DNA of 64,000 nt from Trichosphaerium sp. ATCC 40318 (lineage: Eukaryota; Protista; Tubulinea), in the NCBI GenBank assembly GCA_038496445.1, contig JALMLS010000057.1:113281-177280 (forward strand), in the 5' to 3' direction. Below are positions 50,453 through 62,770 of this stretch, piece by piece. Under the pieces are notes generated by a model. The model saw nothing but the letters and a program-made list of their open reading frames with translations. It made no database searches and was not told where the DNA came from. A program made the position numbers and the translations under genes. Numbering within the stretch: position 1 is the first letter of the stretch; each line of letters starts with the position of its first letter.

Positions 50453-52578
50453 ATGGCAACCAAATATAGTTTGGTATGCTCTCAAACTGCTATAGAAGTG
50501 ACAACAGCAAAAACTATTCTAGGCAGAAACAAGTTCGTAATTGTGACCCGACATACGCGTATATAACCGAAATTGTAGTTTACCACCGACTTTAGCTGGC
50601 AATTGTATTTCTAGACGCCAATGCGTGATATGGGTAGAAGACGGATCTCTTCACGTAAAACAAGTGCGTAAACTACTTTAAAAAATCACTGGGTTCTAAT
50701 TCTGTAAAGTTAGGTGTGAATGCGTCTGCAATACACAGAAAGCGCGGAACTATGGTCGTACTGCCTTCAGTACGTGACTGCTACACTTTAAACTGTTTTG
50801 TGTCTGTTTCTCCAAGAAAAAGCGTTTGGTTCAAAGAAAAAGAGACTTTTTTTTTTTGATTTGCCAGCTAGGCGATGGTGATAATCAGGCTACGTTCGCA
50901 ATTGACTTTTAAGTAGGGAAAGGAAGCCACAATGATACTTGGAGATAGATTGTGTTTGCTAGAGCAAATGAAGGAGGATGACCCGCTAGCACTGTGTTTT
51001 ACCTCCGATGAGGAACAAAAAAGGGACGCCGTGCCTGTAAAATCAATTAACAGAAAAGAATCGGCTCTAAGTTTGGAGTCACAACCGTCTGTTGTGTGGG
51101 ATGTTTCAAAAAGAAAAAAGCAATCATTGACAAACAGTCCCGATATTTCTGGTGAGGTGCTGTCTGGACCCGCGAGTGACAATCGCAGCCAAATGGATAT
51201 AGCTGATGCCAACCAAGAAGAAGCACCGGCAAGTGAAATCAAGAGCGAAATCAAGAGTGAAGTTCAGCACCAGAGCAATGATGTGGTGAATGACCAAGAG
51301 GACTCTCAAAACAGTGATTCTGATGAAAGCAGTAATGATGTCCATAGTGGATCTCTTGTGTTTGATGACACAAACATCAAGTCATTGGAACCTAGTGCGT
51401 ACATAGATGAAGATTCTGAAATGAACCCGCCCTCTCAACCAGTGGAACCCAGGAGGTATGCTAATTCTCGATGGCTTTTGTTCTTAGGCTCAGAATAGGT
51501 CACCCAGGAAAAGGAAGCCTCCAAAGACGTATGTGCCCGCACCTACTCGCCAAAAGAAACGTAATCGAACACCACAGAAGCCTCAAACAAGTTCGTTTTC
51601 CTGAGTACAAATTAGCAATTTATCAAGTGTTTAGAGAGTATTCCTAACAGATATAAAGCTGTTATTCTTGAATTTCTGAGTGTAACAAATACCGAGGATG
51701 TAGCTGAAGCTAAAGGATTTTTGCAAGCTGAAAAATGGGATCTGCAGCTGGCTTTGGATTCTTTTTATCGTTCTGGCATTGATTCAGAAAGTGTAGAAGA
51801 GTCTGAATCTGAGGATAGTAGTTCTGAGAAAGTTGCTGAAGACATTATCCCAAATGTAGAACAACAAAATGATAATAATGGTGAAAGTGATACCAATTCT
51901 AAGCCTGATGCGTTGGAGGGTGAAAGCTTAGGCGATGTTCAAATTGATAACATTGACAATGACACGGGTGTAGACGATGTTGAAGAAGTCAATGGCTCTG
52001 GGAACGACGAAGCTGAACTGAAGGGACCTGATAACGATGATAGCGAAGAGCACGATCAGGTATGGTATATATAAATGGTGTGTTCTCATCGCTCTATGCA
52101 GCAAAGCAACAACAAGCAATCGGAGGATTCTTTTTCACATGGACTGTCAAAGCATGAGAAATTTTTAAGAACGTCAAATAACGATTATCATGTGACTAAC
52201 CCTAACTTTAGATGAACTCAAAGAATCAACAATTGATGAACCACTAGCTCAAGCCGTATGGTTTTATTTTTTTTACAGTATTAGTGCGTAGCTCATGTTC
52301 TTACTTAGAAAGCAGAAAGCGCAATGTGGAAGAAAAAGTATGAGGAAATGAAAATTAAATATGATCTAAGCAAACAGCGCATATCAATGTTGCAGCGACA
52401 ACTCGACACTACTACTGCTTCGGAGTCACCTAAAAAACGTAAAAGTCAAAGTTATCCATACGATAGTCCTCCAGAAAAGAGATCACGCCGAATGCCGCTT
52501 CTCGCAGACCCCTTCGACAGCGATAGGTAAGTGTACATACACTTGATGTTTAGCATTCTAAATTTTTGTAGTGATTGA
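50453..52578 (+). CDS. PNKP/aprataxin-type FHA domain, acidic linker, UBA-like domain and short coiled coil
   Basis: Spliced N-terminus ILGRNN..CISRRQC..LHVKQLGVNASAI..GDRLCLL; UBA-like ILEFLSVTNTEDVAEAKGFLQAEKWDLQLALDSFY. Confidence 0.75.
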
Positions 52579-52845
52579 GCAGCGATCTTGAATTAGTCCG
52601 TAAAACCCACTGTACTTGTAGCACAAAATAATTGTCTTTTAATAATAAAGTAACATTAATGATCAAAACACCAGCTTATTGATCAATAAATCACCGTACA
52701 TTGACATTATAAGAGAAGCTAAATATAGTGCATCTTCCTACGACAAACGTGGCTTATAATGGCAAAATGACGCTGGCATAGTTGCCAGTTTAAAAATTAT
52801 AACAACAGCACCGGTGTAAGGTTACAAGGTCGAATATGCGTATTT

Positions 52846-55733
52846 TTAATGGTCTGTACAGTCTGATAAACGCAGTTCTTTTTTCTTCAAGGAGTTACTT
52901 GTTTTGAAGCCTTTTGGTATGTTCTTCAAATAAGACGGCCATTCTGAAGTATTTGATTCACGACCGCTCCCACTATGGCTGCTTGCAAGCTCTTGTCCTG
53001 AAAGGGAGTCTCGATCACCGCCCCGAGGCATGCTACTCTCCTAACATTTCACTAAATCAATTGGGATACGATTCTGTACTTACCTTTTTGGAGTTTTCGT
53101 GCAGGTGAAGCAAAAATGAGTGTCTCATCCGTTGTCGCGAATCTCGGAATCCCATAGCACGATACGCGGATCGCTCGGAGTTTATAACTACACAGAAAAC
53201 GTGAGAATTAGCAAGGTAGAATACGAAACTTCTTACTTTTGGCAAGGAGTAACTTTCGGAACTCTGGCGTTTTCTCAAAAGTTTGACCAGCAGGTATTTT
53301 GGGTTTCACCGCGTCAACGCCTATAAGTTAACGAACTTAGTATTGGATCTATGAGTTGAAAATAGTATCATTACCTTGCTTGTATGCTACGGTGACTCTG
53401 TACAAAGTTCGTCTATCAGACGTAGCCGGAATGCGCGTTACAGCAATAAACACGTGGTTGAATTGTGAGGTCATTGAATCGGGGTTAAACGCAGCTTTGC
53501 CGTCGTTGAAAATTATTACAACAATATCGTTTCCTATGTGTATTTTTTTCGTGATCTAGTCAGTTAACCATTTAGTACACAGACTGCTTTCCGGTTTTTT
53601 TTTTTTTTTTTTTGCTTATGTAATGCTAGATATTAGAACGTACAACGTCTGCAATGCTAGGTTTCTTTGATTTTCCATTGTAGTAACTTTCGTTTGGTAT
53701 GAGAGTTGACACGTGACTATAACCTTGCGTCAAAAAAAAGTTGTATAAACACATGTAATTAAAAAACGCACAACATGATTTCTGCCTCCCCATTTAGCTC
53801 TGTGTGATACGAATATTCCCCATCATTGTTTTCTAGAAACAATTAGTCCAGGGACGACAAAGCATAGAAAAAAAAAAAAGTATTGCGCGTACTAGTTACA
53901 TCTAATCCGCCGCTATATTTAGGCCAATTTTTTAAAGGTATCTTCTTTCCGTTTGCCATGAACTCCATAAATTCCGTAAACGCTTTGCTGCCCTAAACAC
54001 AACACGTTTGCTTTTTTTGTTGGAAATATCAATAATATACCTTTGTATTAGCAAACATCTCTTCTTCTCGTTTTTGTTTCGATTTGATGTAGATAACACC
54101 AACTTTAAAGTCTGTTTGTACCAGTTTCCGCTCGTACGTCACTAATTCTTGTACAAACTGTGGATTTTTGACTCGCTTAAATTTTACAGCAGCAAGTGAC
54201 TCCAATCTTTTATCTGTTTTACATACGCGCATCAAGTGATGTAACAATTTTTTGGCCTTAGTTATTGTGTTCTTTGCTTTGGCGTCTCCTGAGCAAAGAG
54301 TAAACCCACTGTACAAACAACCCAAAACAAAAAAAAACAAAAAAAAAAAAAGATCGTATAATCAGCATCTCTGGTAAAGCCACCGTACCTATCGCATTCG
54401 CTCTAATAAATAAACGTTTATCACCGTCAGGCGTTCTCAGCTTATTACTGTTAGTTTTTGGATCCCATAGCCTCTAAAAAAAGTCGTTACGTACCAAAAC
54501 GCGGAATCTATTAGTCTGGTCTGTTATAGTCATTATTGATAAAACACACGGTCCAAGCATTGCGTCTATTCCTGTCCACGTCACGTGTTCTAGTACGGTA
54601 GTGAGTAAATAATGCGTTTCAAAAAAACCAAGCTGTAAAGTACCTTTGCCTGTGAAGAACTTTTGGTAATCGGCGAAGCTGTCCGAGTCGAGTAGCTCTA
54701 CGTAGCACATTATCAATACTTGTGATTCATATTGTTAAAGCAATCACTCCAAAAAAGCAAAAGAGTCTTAAAACGGATATATGTTTTCGCGAAGTGAGAA
54801 CGTACCGAGATTTTCGTCTGCGTACATATCAAAGAAGTTTAACTTTTTACCTGCCTCCATTACAAATAATTTGGATGTAATCATAACTATAGGTTGCTTC
54901 TTGTGGTCCACCTGAGTGCCGAGTGAGATTCTCGGTTTTAAAAATTGTTTTACGAGGTTTTGGGTATATTCATTCAATTACAAAGTAAATTTAAAAAAAC
55001 ACAACGTAAAGAAGTTGAGTCACGTGCGCATTTTACATAAACAGCCTCAACAAAAAATAATTGCGCAAGTAGGTTTGTAAAATATTTTACGATATCGTTT
55101 GTTGGGCTCTTATTTTCAACTCCGACGCATTTTCGGCGTTTGGAGCAACTACGAATACTGTTTGTGATATCCATTTGGAAGCGAAATATAAACAATCAAA
55201 AAAACAAAACTATTGGCGACAAACAAGCGTTGCTTTTGACGGATTTGTTAGTGACAACTTAAATTTATTAGGTAGACGACGAAAAAAAGATAAATCAAAA
55301 AAAAAGCGATCGACAAAAAAAAAACGTGCGGCGAAACGGCGCAGAAGCCTTTTGGGGGTTTTTTTCGTATATTGTTGGGCAAATTAAGATCAAGGAAGAG
55401 AAAACAAAACTAAACTATTGACGTTGTTTGGTATTAACCCCTTTCTTTTTTTTTCGTTCGTACCACAGGTATCCATTGCAGTTTGGTTCCTTTACTTCCA
55501 GTTCTACTAAGGCGCTTTCTAATATTCTGCGTAGCATGATTCTCTCCATCAGATTGGCTACCTTCATACGGTCGTCTAAGCCCTGGCGGATGCTCGGAGG
55601 AATAAATTGGCATGTCGCGGTCCGTTGGGTACACCCCTATACCTTGGCCGTCTTTTAACAGCATTGGGTGGTCCGATTCGGCAGAATTGGCACGTTTTAA
55701 CGGGGATCGGAACTGCGGGCCTGGTTCTGACAT
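52846..55733 (-). CDS. Rap/Ran-GAP domain protein
   Basis: FKVGVIY...EEEMFAN, YSGGLD, EIMFHVSTLIP, KKIHIGNDIVVIIF, SQFNHVFIAV and LLAKVINSERSAY. Confidence 0.92.
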
Positions 55734-56742
55734 TTCTAAACGGCGTCTGGCAGTTGAAGTCACTTTGTAGCGTCCGAAATTTGTACGTTGCGTTGCTCCT
55801 ACCTCCAATTTTTTTTTTGTGTTAAAATAGCGCACACTTTGGTCCAGAAAGTACAGCAAAAGTTGTGATTGTAAGCGCGTTGCACCTTAATTTTTTTAGT
55901 TTTTTGGCTTTCTGTTTTGATGTATTTTACCAATTAAAAACATCAAAAATCACGTTTTTTTTTTTTTTTTTTTTTTTTTTTTTGGTGTTGTTGTGATAAG
56001 AGGATAGAGCAAAAAAAAAAACCAAAGGATTCATGATCTCACTGCTCGCTTCTGGATTAATGCATGCTACATTATCATGTGTTGACAATTAGTTTACTTT
56101 TAACGTTGGCAGTCCAGCAATGAAGTTGGGTACTAGCTCCTTTTGCAACCCAAACTGCAATTGTGACGTAGGAAAGCAACACGGCACGTGATGCATTGTG
56201 GTTTCCTATTTAATTAAATGTGTGGCATTGAGTGATTTCCTTCTTTGAGCCAACTATCTTTTACACAGAAAAAGTAACAAACAACAAAATCGTGGCCTTG
56301 TTTACGTAAAGTTACTTTCAAAGTGCAGTGGGGCAAATTCTCGATAATGTATCAATCTGGGCTTAAACAAAGCTGCTTATTTGAAAAATTCTAGGCTAGC
56401 ACCATTACAACGGCTAGTTTTTCGTATGCTGGTCGTATAAAAGAAGGCAAAACCAAACAGATACTTAATAGACGTACGTACACGCATGACGTTTGCACAG
56501 CTCGAATCTTTCCACGTAGTACTGCAATGAAACATCACGTAACATTGAATACACTTAGCTGGGTCGTTCTTGCTTTTCGTTTTTTTTTTCCCGTAAACCT
56601 TTTGAGGTGCTTTCTTTTCGCGTGTGCTACCGGAATTAACGGCCAAAGCACATATATATATTTTTTTGAACTGTATTTTAAAAAAAACTAGTCGCTTAGT
56701 ACTTATTTCAGCCCTCAGCAAGTCATTTAACGCTATTTGACC

Positions 56743-59700
56743 ATGGAAAAATGCCTCGTTGACACCATTGATGAGTTGATTGGTCAGTTTCTGTCACGAG
56801 TACCCTTTGAGCATGACGATTTGAAAAGAGGCGAAAGCGCGTATAGAGCTGCCGTTAGCAACGTTTTGCGAAACAGTTCGTACGCAACCGCCGAGATAGA
56901 GGCAGCGCACATGCTGGTTGTAGCTTTGATGTTGTTACGTAACGTTAGCGAAACAGATTTTGGTAGCGTAGAAGGTCGCTGGAAAAATGTCAATTGGGGT
57001 ATAAAACTTGCCTTTTTTTGCAGTGATTGCGCGGAATTGCGATTAAAAACTATTTTACAAGAAGTGCGTACTCAGGCTTTTTTTTTTTTTTTTCGAAAAA
57101 CTCAAAATAAAAAAACCTTTCGCGGTATCTTATCTTGTTCTCTTATGTTTTTGGTGACTTCTCAACCGAATATTCGATTTTTAGGTTGACGGAAATACAG
57201 ACTTTGGGTTTGGTAAGGATGAAGATACTTCAAGCGGGACTGAACTCTTTAATGGTGATGACGAAGAGAGTGAAGGAGAACGAGAATATAATGGGAACTC
57301 GTATACAGTCAATGAAAGCAGCGACACAGGATTGATCGCCGTGACATCAAAGAAACCTGCAAAGGTTACCAAACAACGAAGGAAGGAGGTGGTAACGACA
57401 CCACCAAAATCTTCGAAGCGGCGGAGGAAAGCAACTAAGGCGTTGACAAGGTCTTCAAAACGTCAAAAAAAAAAGAAGACTGAAATGTTAGCCTTGGAAC
57501 CTGTGACTAAGGAAAATACAAAACCTGAATCGATCTTGAAAAAGCAATTGAATGATGCAGATGCGCCAACACAAAATAGACCTTTGCCATATCCTAATAG
57601 TAGCAAAAAACGTACTCGCAAAAGAGCTAATTCTTACTCGCCCCCAGCAAAGAGACCACGACTCACAGCCTCTGGAACGTTCTTACAAGCAGGTACGTAC
57701 CCCCCCCCCCCCCCCCTCAACCCCCCTTTACCAATTATTTTTTTGACAAAACACTAATTTGTGATATACTAACTATCGGGGTTTCTCTGTAGTTGGCTCG
57801 AGTATCTCCTCCATATTATCTGGGAGCAGCGATTTTGTATCTAGATTGTTTAACAGTTCAGACGCAGTACAACCAATAAAGGGTGGCGCATATGAGGAGC
57901 AAACCTTTGCAGAATTCTCTGAGTCAGAGCAACATACTTATAGTGAAAATCTGAGAAAGACTCCAGCAAGTATTCCTCGACCGTCTGCACCTTCATCATT
58001 GGTACCAAAGAAAAAAAAATTAATGATGATTTTACCTGTTGATTGATTTAACTAAAAGCATCTATTGCGCAGGAAAAGTTGATACCCAAAGTACAAGCAA
58101 GCCCATCATGGCGACATTCAGTTGATTATACACAAAGAGCTGACTTTGGCAAACACAACATTCGGGAACAAAAGTAGGCTTTTGTTATTGACTGTCTTCT
58201 TTACAGTAATAATTTAACCCTTTTTTTTTGTAGTGTAAAGCGTTTTGGGCATTGGACTCCAAGTGCAAGTGTGGGTGATTCGTCGCCGGTGAATATGCTT
58301 CGCGGGCCGTTTGCGGATACACCAAGGCCATCTAGACCTCTGCAGCTATATGTACAGCCTTTAGGTACTGGTCTCAGATCTATCCCAGCAGAATCGTCAC
58401 CTATGCCGCCTCCAGCTGGTATAAAACCACCAGATCACAGTCCTCAAAAATTAGACAATACAACACAGCTAAAGAAGGCACACTCACTACCTTTGCCTAG
58501 CACTAGTTCAGCTCGTACTCATGGATTTCGGTTACCCATACTACCTCCACCTCGCACTCGCAATAGTGATCGACCAACCTCACCAGCTATGGCAAAGTCC
58601 CAACGCAAAACACTTGATGTATCACCTCCCTGCCAAGCGCCTACAGGTCCAATTTACCCACCGCAAACACAACCTGCTGTTGCGTCGCTCTTTCCGATTG
58701 CAGGACTCCCACAACTACCCGCCGCTACACCACTCTTTCCAATTGCAGGACTTCCACAGCAACCCGCCTCACAAAAGCAACCTGCTGCTACGTCACTCTT
58801 TCCAATTGCAGGACTTCCACAGCAACCCGCTTCACAAAAGCAACCTGCTGCTACGCCACTCTTTCCAATTGCGGCGCTTCCACAAACACAAACCGCCCAC
58901 ACTTCACCGGCTGTGGCACCTACCGCATCTAGTTTACCACCTGCAGCACCAACGCAACCCACCCACGCTGCACCTACTTCACCACCTGTAGCGCCTCCTG
59001 TGTCTAGTTTACCACCTGCGACACCTCCACAAACACAACCCACCCACACTTCGCCACCTGTAGCGCCTCCCGCTACTACATTACCACCTGTGGCACCTCC
59101 ACAAACGCAACCCAGCAACAGTACCACACCAAAATTACCGACACCTGTAGCAGCTTCTGAATGGGGTGCAATTGTTAAAAAGCATGACAAAGAAATTTCT
59201 AAGGTACACAAGGAAAAAAACAATGGTTAGTTAATTTTTGCTGTTCCTCACTTTGTTTGTTCTGCAGACTGTAGATCCTAAGACTGAAAAGCAAAAATTG
59301 GCAGAACTTTTGGCTGTGTACTATTGCCGTGAAGAACAAACTGCAGGGTACGTTTATTGTATGAGCAATCTTGTGGTTTTAGTTGCTGAATCCTTATGAT
59401 TTTTTTTACAGGGATGGTAACTGTTTATTCCGTGCAGTTAGGTATGTTGTAGTGACTAAGAAACGGTTCCTTAGTGGTTTCTTATGTTATATGTAGTTTG
59501 CAGCTGTATGGTACTGAAGCTCGCCATTCAGAGCTACGTCAAAAGCTTGTGAAACACATTTTGGCAAACAAAGTAAAATATGCTTGTAAGTTATTTTGAA
59601 CTAATAATGTAAACTTACTATCCTTAGTTCAGTTCTCGGTTCCTGAAGACATTTATATGCAGTCTGCTGAAACGTATGCAGAATATATGAAGATTGATGG

Positions 59701-59908
59701 AAATTGGGGAGAGCATCTTGCATTGGTTGGATTAGCTGATGTAAGTCAATTGTATTTGATTTTGTAGTAACAAGTTGTGTAGCTTTTTAAGTTTAATATA
59801 ACAATATTTTCTCTGAGTGGCCTGTATAGTTTTGGAGCAGGAACAGGAACTTGGCTTTTGTGTTATTATGGAAATAATCACTATGCATCTGTAAGAAAGA
59901 TAAAGTAA
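56743..59908 (+). CDS. OTU-family deubiquitinase with a long Pro-rich, repeat-containing N-terminal region
   Basis: The exons splice in frame. C-terminus AGDGNCLFRAVSLQLYG..HSELRQ..GNWGEHLAL..NNHYASV (Cys and His present). Confidence 0.85.
58670..58890 (+). repeat. Coding tandem repeat (LFPIAGLPQQPASQKQPAAT, about 63-bp unit)
   Basis: CTCTTTCCRATTGC occurs four times; two near-identical full units. Confidence 0.85.
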
Positions 59909-60185
59909 TAATTGTATTTTAATTGTACAATATAAAATGTTTTATTTGTATTTAATTACAACTGACACAATATAAGCCATGTTAACAAATTTGTAAATTC
60001 TATAACCTTAAACAATAAATTGAAATAAGTTAAAATTAGGTAAGTATGAAACCAACATACAATTAAAAAACATTATAAAATTGATTAAGTCCAAATCTGC
60101 TTATTTTATAATTGTATCCTTAAATCAACATAAAGGTACTAATATATTTTTATAATCTAAATTTCTACTGTAACACAAGCCTTTA

Positions 60186-60403
60186 CCCTAATTCTATTTA
60201 GGGTTGTAAACCTAACCCTAGCCCTAGTCAATATTCATTAGGGTTGTAAACCTAACCCTAGCCCTAGTCAATATTCATTAGGGTTGTAAACCTAACCCTA
60301 GCCCTAAAGCAAATTTGCAATTACCAGCCATAACCCTAGCCCTAAAAATGTAAAATAACGATTAGGGTATACCCTAGAAGCCAATTAGAGGTTAGGGTTA
60401 GGG
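60186..60403. repeat. Telomere-motif cluster 1, including a 40-bp tandem unit (about 2.7 copies, 60198-60306)
   Basis: Unit TTAGGGTTGTAAACCTAACCCTAGCCCTAGTCAATATTCA; flanking CCCTAA/CCCTAG and TTAGGG motifs. Confidence 0.9.
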
Positions 60404-60539
60404 ATCTATGCTGTTGCTAAACAGCATGTAGGCAACGTATGTTGCCGATACTTATACATATAGTATTATGTAACAGTGCAAAGCACTGTGTAGAAATATA
60501 TTGCAAAGCGATATATTATAGGGTCACAACGACAACATT

Positions 60540-61205
60540 CTGTAGCGAAGCGGCAAAAAAGCGAAAAACTCATAGAATCCAACAATTTGTAGCGAAGCGG
60601 CACGCATGCGGGACCTAAAGTGGAATGCATTATGTAGCGAAGCAGTAGGCATGCAGAGATTATGGTGGAATGCATTCTGAAGCGAAGCGCCATATTACAA
60701 AACCTAATGCGAAAAAAAAATTAAAAGAATCTAAGATACTGTAGCGAAGCGGTGCGCATGTGACACCTAATATCGGATGCATTATTCAGCGAAGCGGCAT
60801 ATATGCGGTGCCTAAAGTGGAATGCATTCTGAAGCGAAGCGCTTCATGCGAAAAAAATGAAGAAATCCAAGATATTGTAGTGAAACAACAATATGATACC
60901 TAAAGTGGAATGCATTATTTAACGAAGCGGTACATGCATAAACCTCAAAGTGGAATGCATTTTGAAGCGAAGTGCTTTATGCAAAAAAATGAGAAAATCC
61001 AAAATATTGTATGAAACAAAAATTGTAACATTTAAAAGTGAAATGCATTATTTAGCGAAGCGGTACATATACAAACCTCACAGTGGAATGCATTCTGAAG
61101 CGAAGCGCTTCATGTTGAAAAATGAGGAAATCCAAAATATTATAATGAAACAAAACAAATTGCAACTATTAAAGTGGAATGCATTATTCAGCGAAGCGGT
61201 ATGAT
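60540..61205. repeat. Degenerate satellite: about 45-bp monomers (AGCGAAGCG / GTGGAATGCATT) in a 133-151-bp higher-order unit
   Basis: AGCGAAGCG-like motifs recur about every 45 bp; an AATCCAA(G/A)ATATTGTA-like marker recurs near 60576, 60727, 60862, 60996 and 61128. Confidence 0.85.
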
Positions 61206-61462
61206 AGTGGATAAGATTATGTAGCAAAGCTACATATTGAAATATGTAATATAATAATACCAATAATAGTGTAACCATAAAAAATACAATAATATAATAT
61301 AAATGGTTGTGTAATATTAAAGTAAAAAAGTACAAATATATTAAAAAGTATAAATGTAAGTAAAATAATGTCAAGTATAACGTTACAATAACATAGAGTA
61401 TAAATATAAAACCTTAAAGGAGTTTTATGTGTGTAAAAGTCAAATCAAAACAGAATTTCGTG

Positions 61463-61585
61463 TAACCCAACCCTAACCCTAATCACAATTAGGGCAAAGC
61501 CCTAATGTAAACTAACCCAAACCCTAAAATCGATGTTCAATTGCTAGGGTTAGGGCTAGGGAAAAACGTAGGGTTAGGGTTTAGG
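61463..61585. repeat. Telomere-motif cluster 2 (CCCTAA-rich, then TTAGGG-rich)
   Basis: CCCAACCCTAACCCTAA ... CTAGGGTTAGGGCTAGGG ... TAGGGTTAGGGTTTAGG. Confidence 0.85.
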
Positions 61586-61806
61586 AGTCTGCTACTATTT
61601 TTTTTTTCAAACCTTACATTTGCTTGTTAGTAACGTTTCGAGCTAATTTTGCCACATGCTATTGCATGTAGGAATTTTCGTATGTTACAAGGGTCATAAA
61701 GATTAGTTCTTGTCATAATTTTGCATTTTTCTCATTATTTTCTTACTATTGTCCACATACACAATTGTCATCAACAATGTCAATTGCATGTTTGAAATTG
61801 TGCATG

Positions 61807-61949
61807 AAACTAAAGTGTTTGTTTGAATTACAAAGACTTTAAGCAGATTCAGTGAAATAGCCTTGATAAAACTAAAGTGTATGTTTGAATTATAAAAACT
61901 TTGAAGAGATTCAATGAAATTGACATAATAAAACTAAAGTGCATGTTTA
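61807..61949. repeat. 62-bp tandem repeat, about 2.3 copies
   Basis: AAACTAAAGTG starts at 61807, 61869 and 61931. Confidence 0.85.
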
Positions 61950-62225
61950 TTTATTATTTGATAAATAACAATGTATGTACACTTTTTTTTTTTTTTATAA
62001 TTATTAATCAATTTCAAAGAACGTAGGTGTTCTCTGGTATTGACATACATATGCATGTGTGATTCAATCGCCGTCACGTGATATTGTCTTAGTTTGACTT
62101 TATCAAAACACAGGATGAGCAACAACACAGAAGACTCTCCTACATCTAAGGGCTCTGAAAAGCCTATAAATGCTAGGAGAATACCCAAGCAGAAAAAAGG
62201 TACCAACTTCCTCCTTTTTTTTTTT

Positions 62226-62276
62226 AACCCCTTCCATTAGGCTTTATTAATTAAATAAAGCCTAATGAAAGGGGTT
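62226..62276. repeat. 23-bp inverted repeat (hairpin) flanked by T runs
   Basis: AACCCCTTCCATTAGGCTTTATT / AATAAAGCCTAATGAAAGGGGTT, one mismatch, 5-nt loop. Confidence 0.9.
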
Positions 62277-62701
62277 TTTTTGATTTTAAAGGGTTTTTTT
62301 AAATCCCTAATTTTTCTTTGAAAGTTTTTCGTTGAACCTCGTCGCACATGTATACGCATGTCACGATAGGTCGCCATAGCAAAGCATTTGAGGACATATT
62401 CTATGTGTATCAATGCTAGCTATTGCTTTATCGTGTACAGGCATATATGTGTTTTTGATGGGTTTATTTTTGCTTTAATAATACAACAAGTCAATGTATG
62501 CAGTGGTAAAATGAAAACGGGATTTTGGATATAAATCCCACTAAATTCCTTTGTTTTAGGGATTTTTAAGGTAATTTGTGAAGAATTCTTATTTTTATTT
62601 TTTTTTATGGCAGGATTTTTGATAGAATTACCATAATATTCCCTTAAATATGGAATTTTCAGAATTATTGTACAAAATCCACCAAATAATGTACTAATTT
62701 A

Positions 62702-62770
62702 GTTAGGGTTAGGGTTAGGGCTAGGGTTGAGGTTTATGAAAGTACAAATTAAGTTAGGGTTAGGGTTTAG
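62702..62770 (+). repeat. Telomere-motif cluster 3 (TTAGGG-rich)
   Basis: GTTAGGGTTAGGGTTAGGGCTAGGGTTGAGG...GTTAGGGTTAGGGTTTAG; another GGTTAGGGTTAGGG at 63961-63974. Confidence 0.85.

Noticed and set aside
1-59908. Alternative genetic code or stop-codon readthrough suggested by fragmented ORFs
   Set aside because: In the conserved genes I spliced (MOB1, TAF9, RasGAP, G-gamma, and the Rpn2 and eIF2B-epsilon junctions I checked), stops fall inside introns, and TAA, TAG and TGA all end genes.
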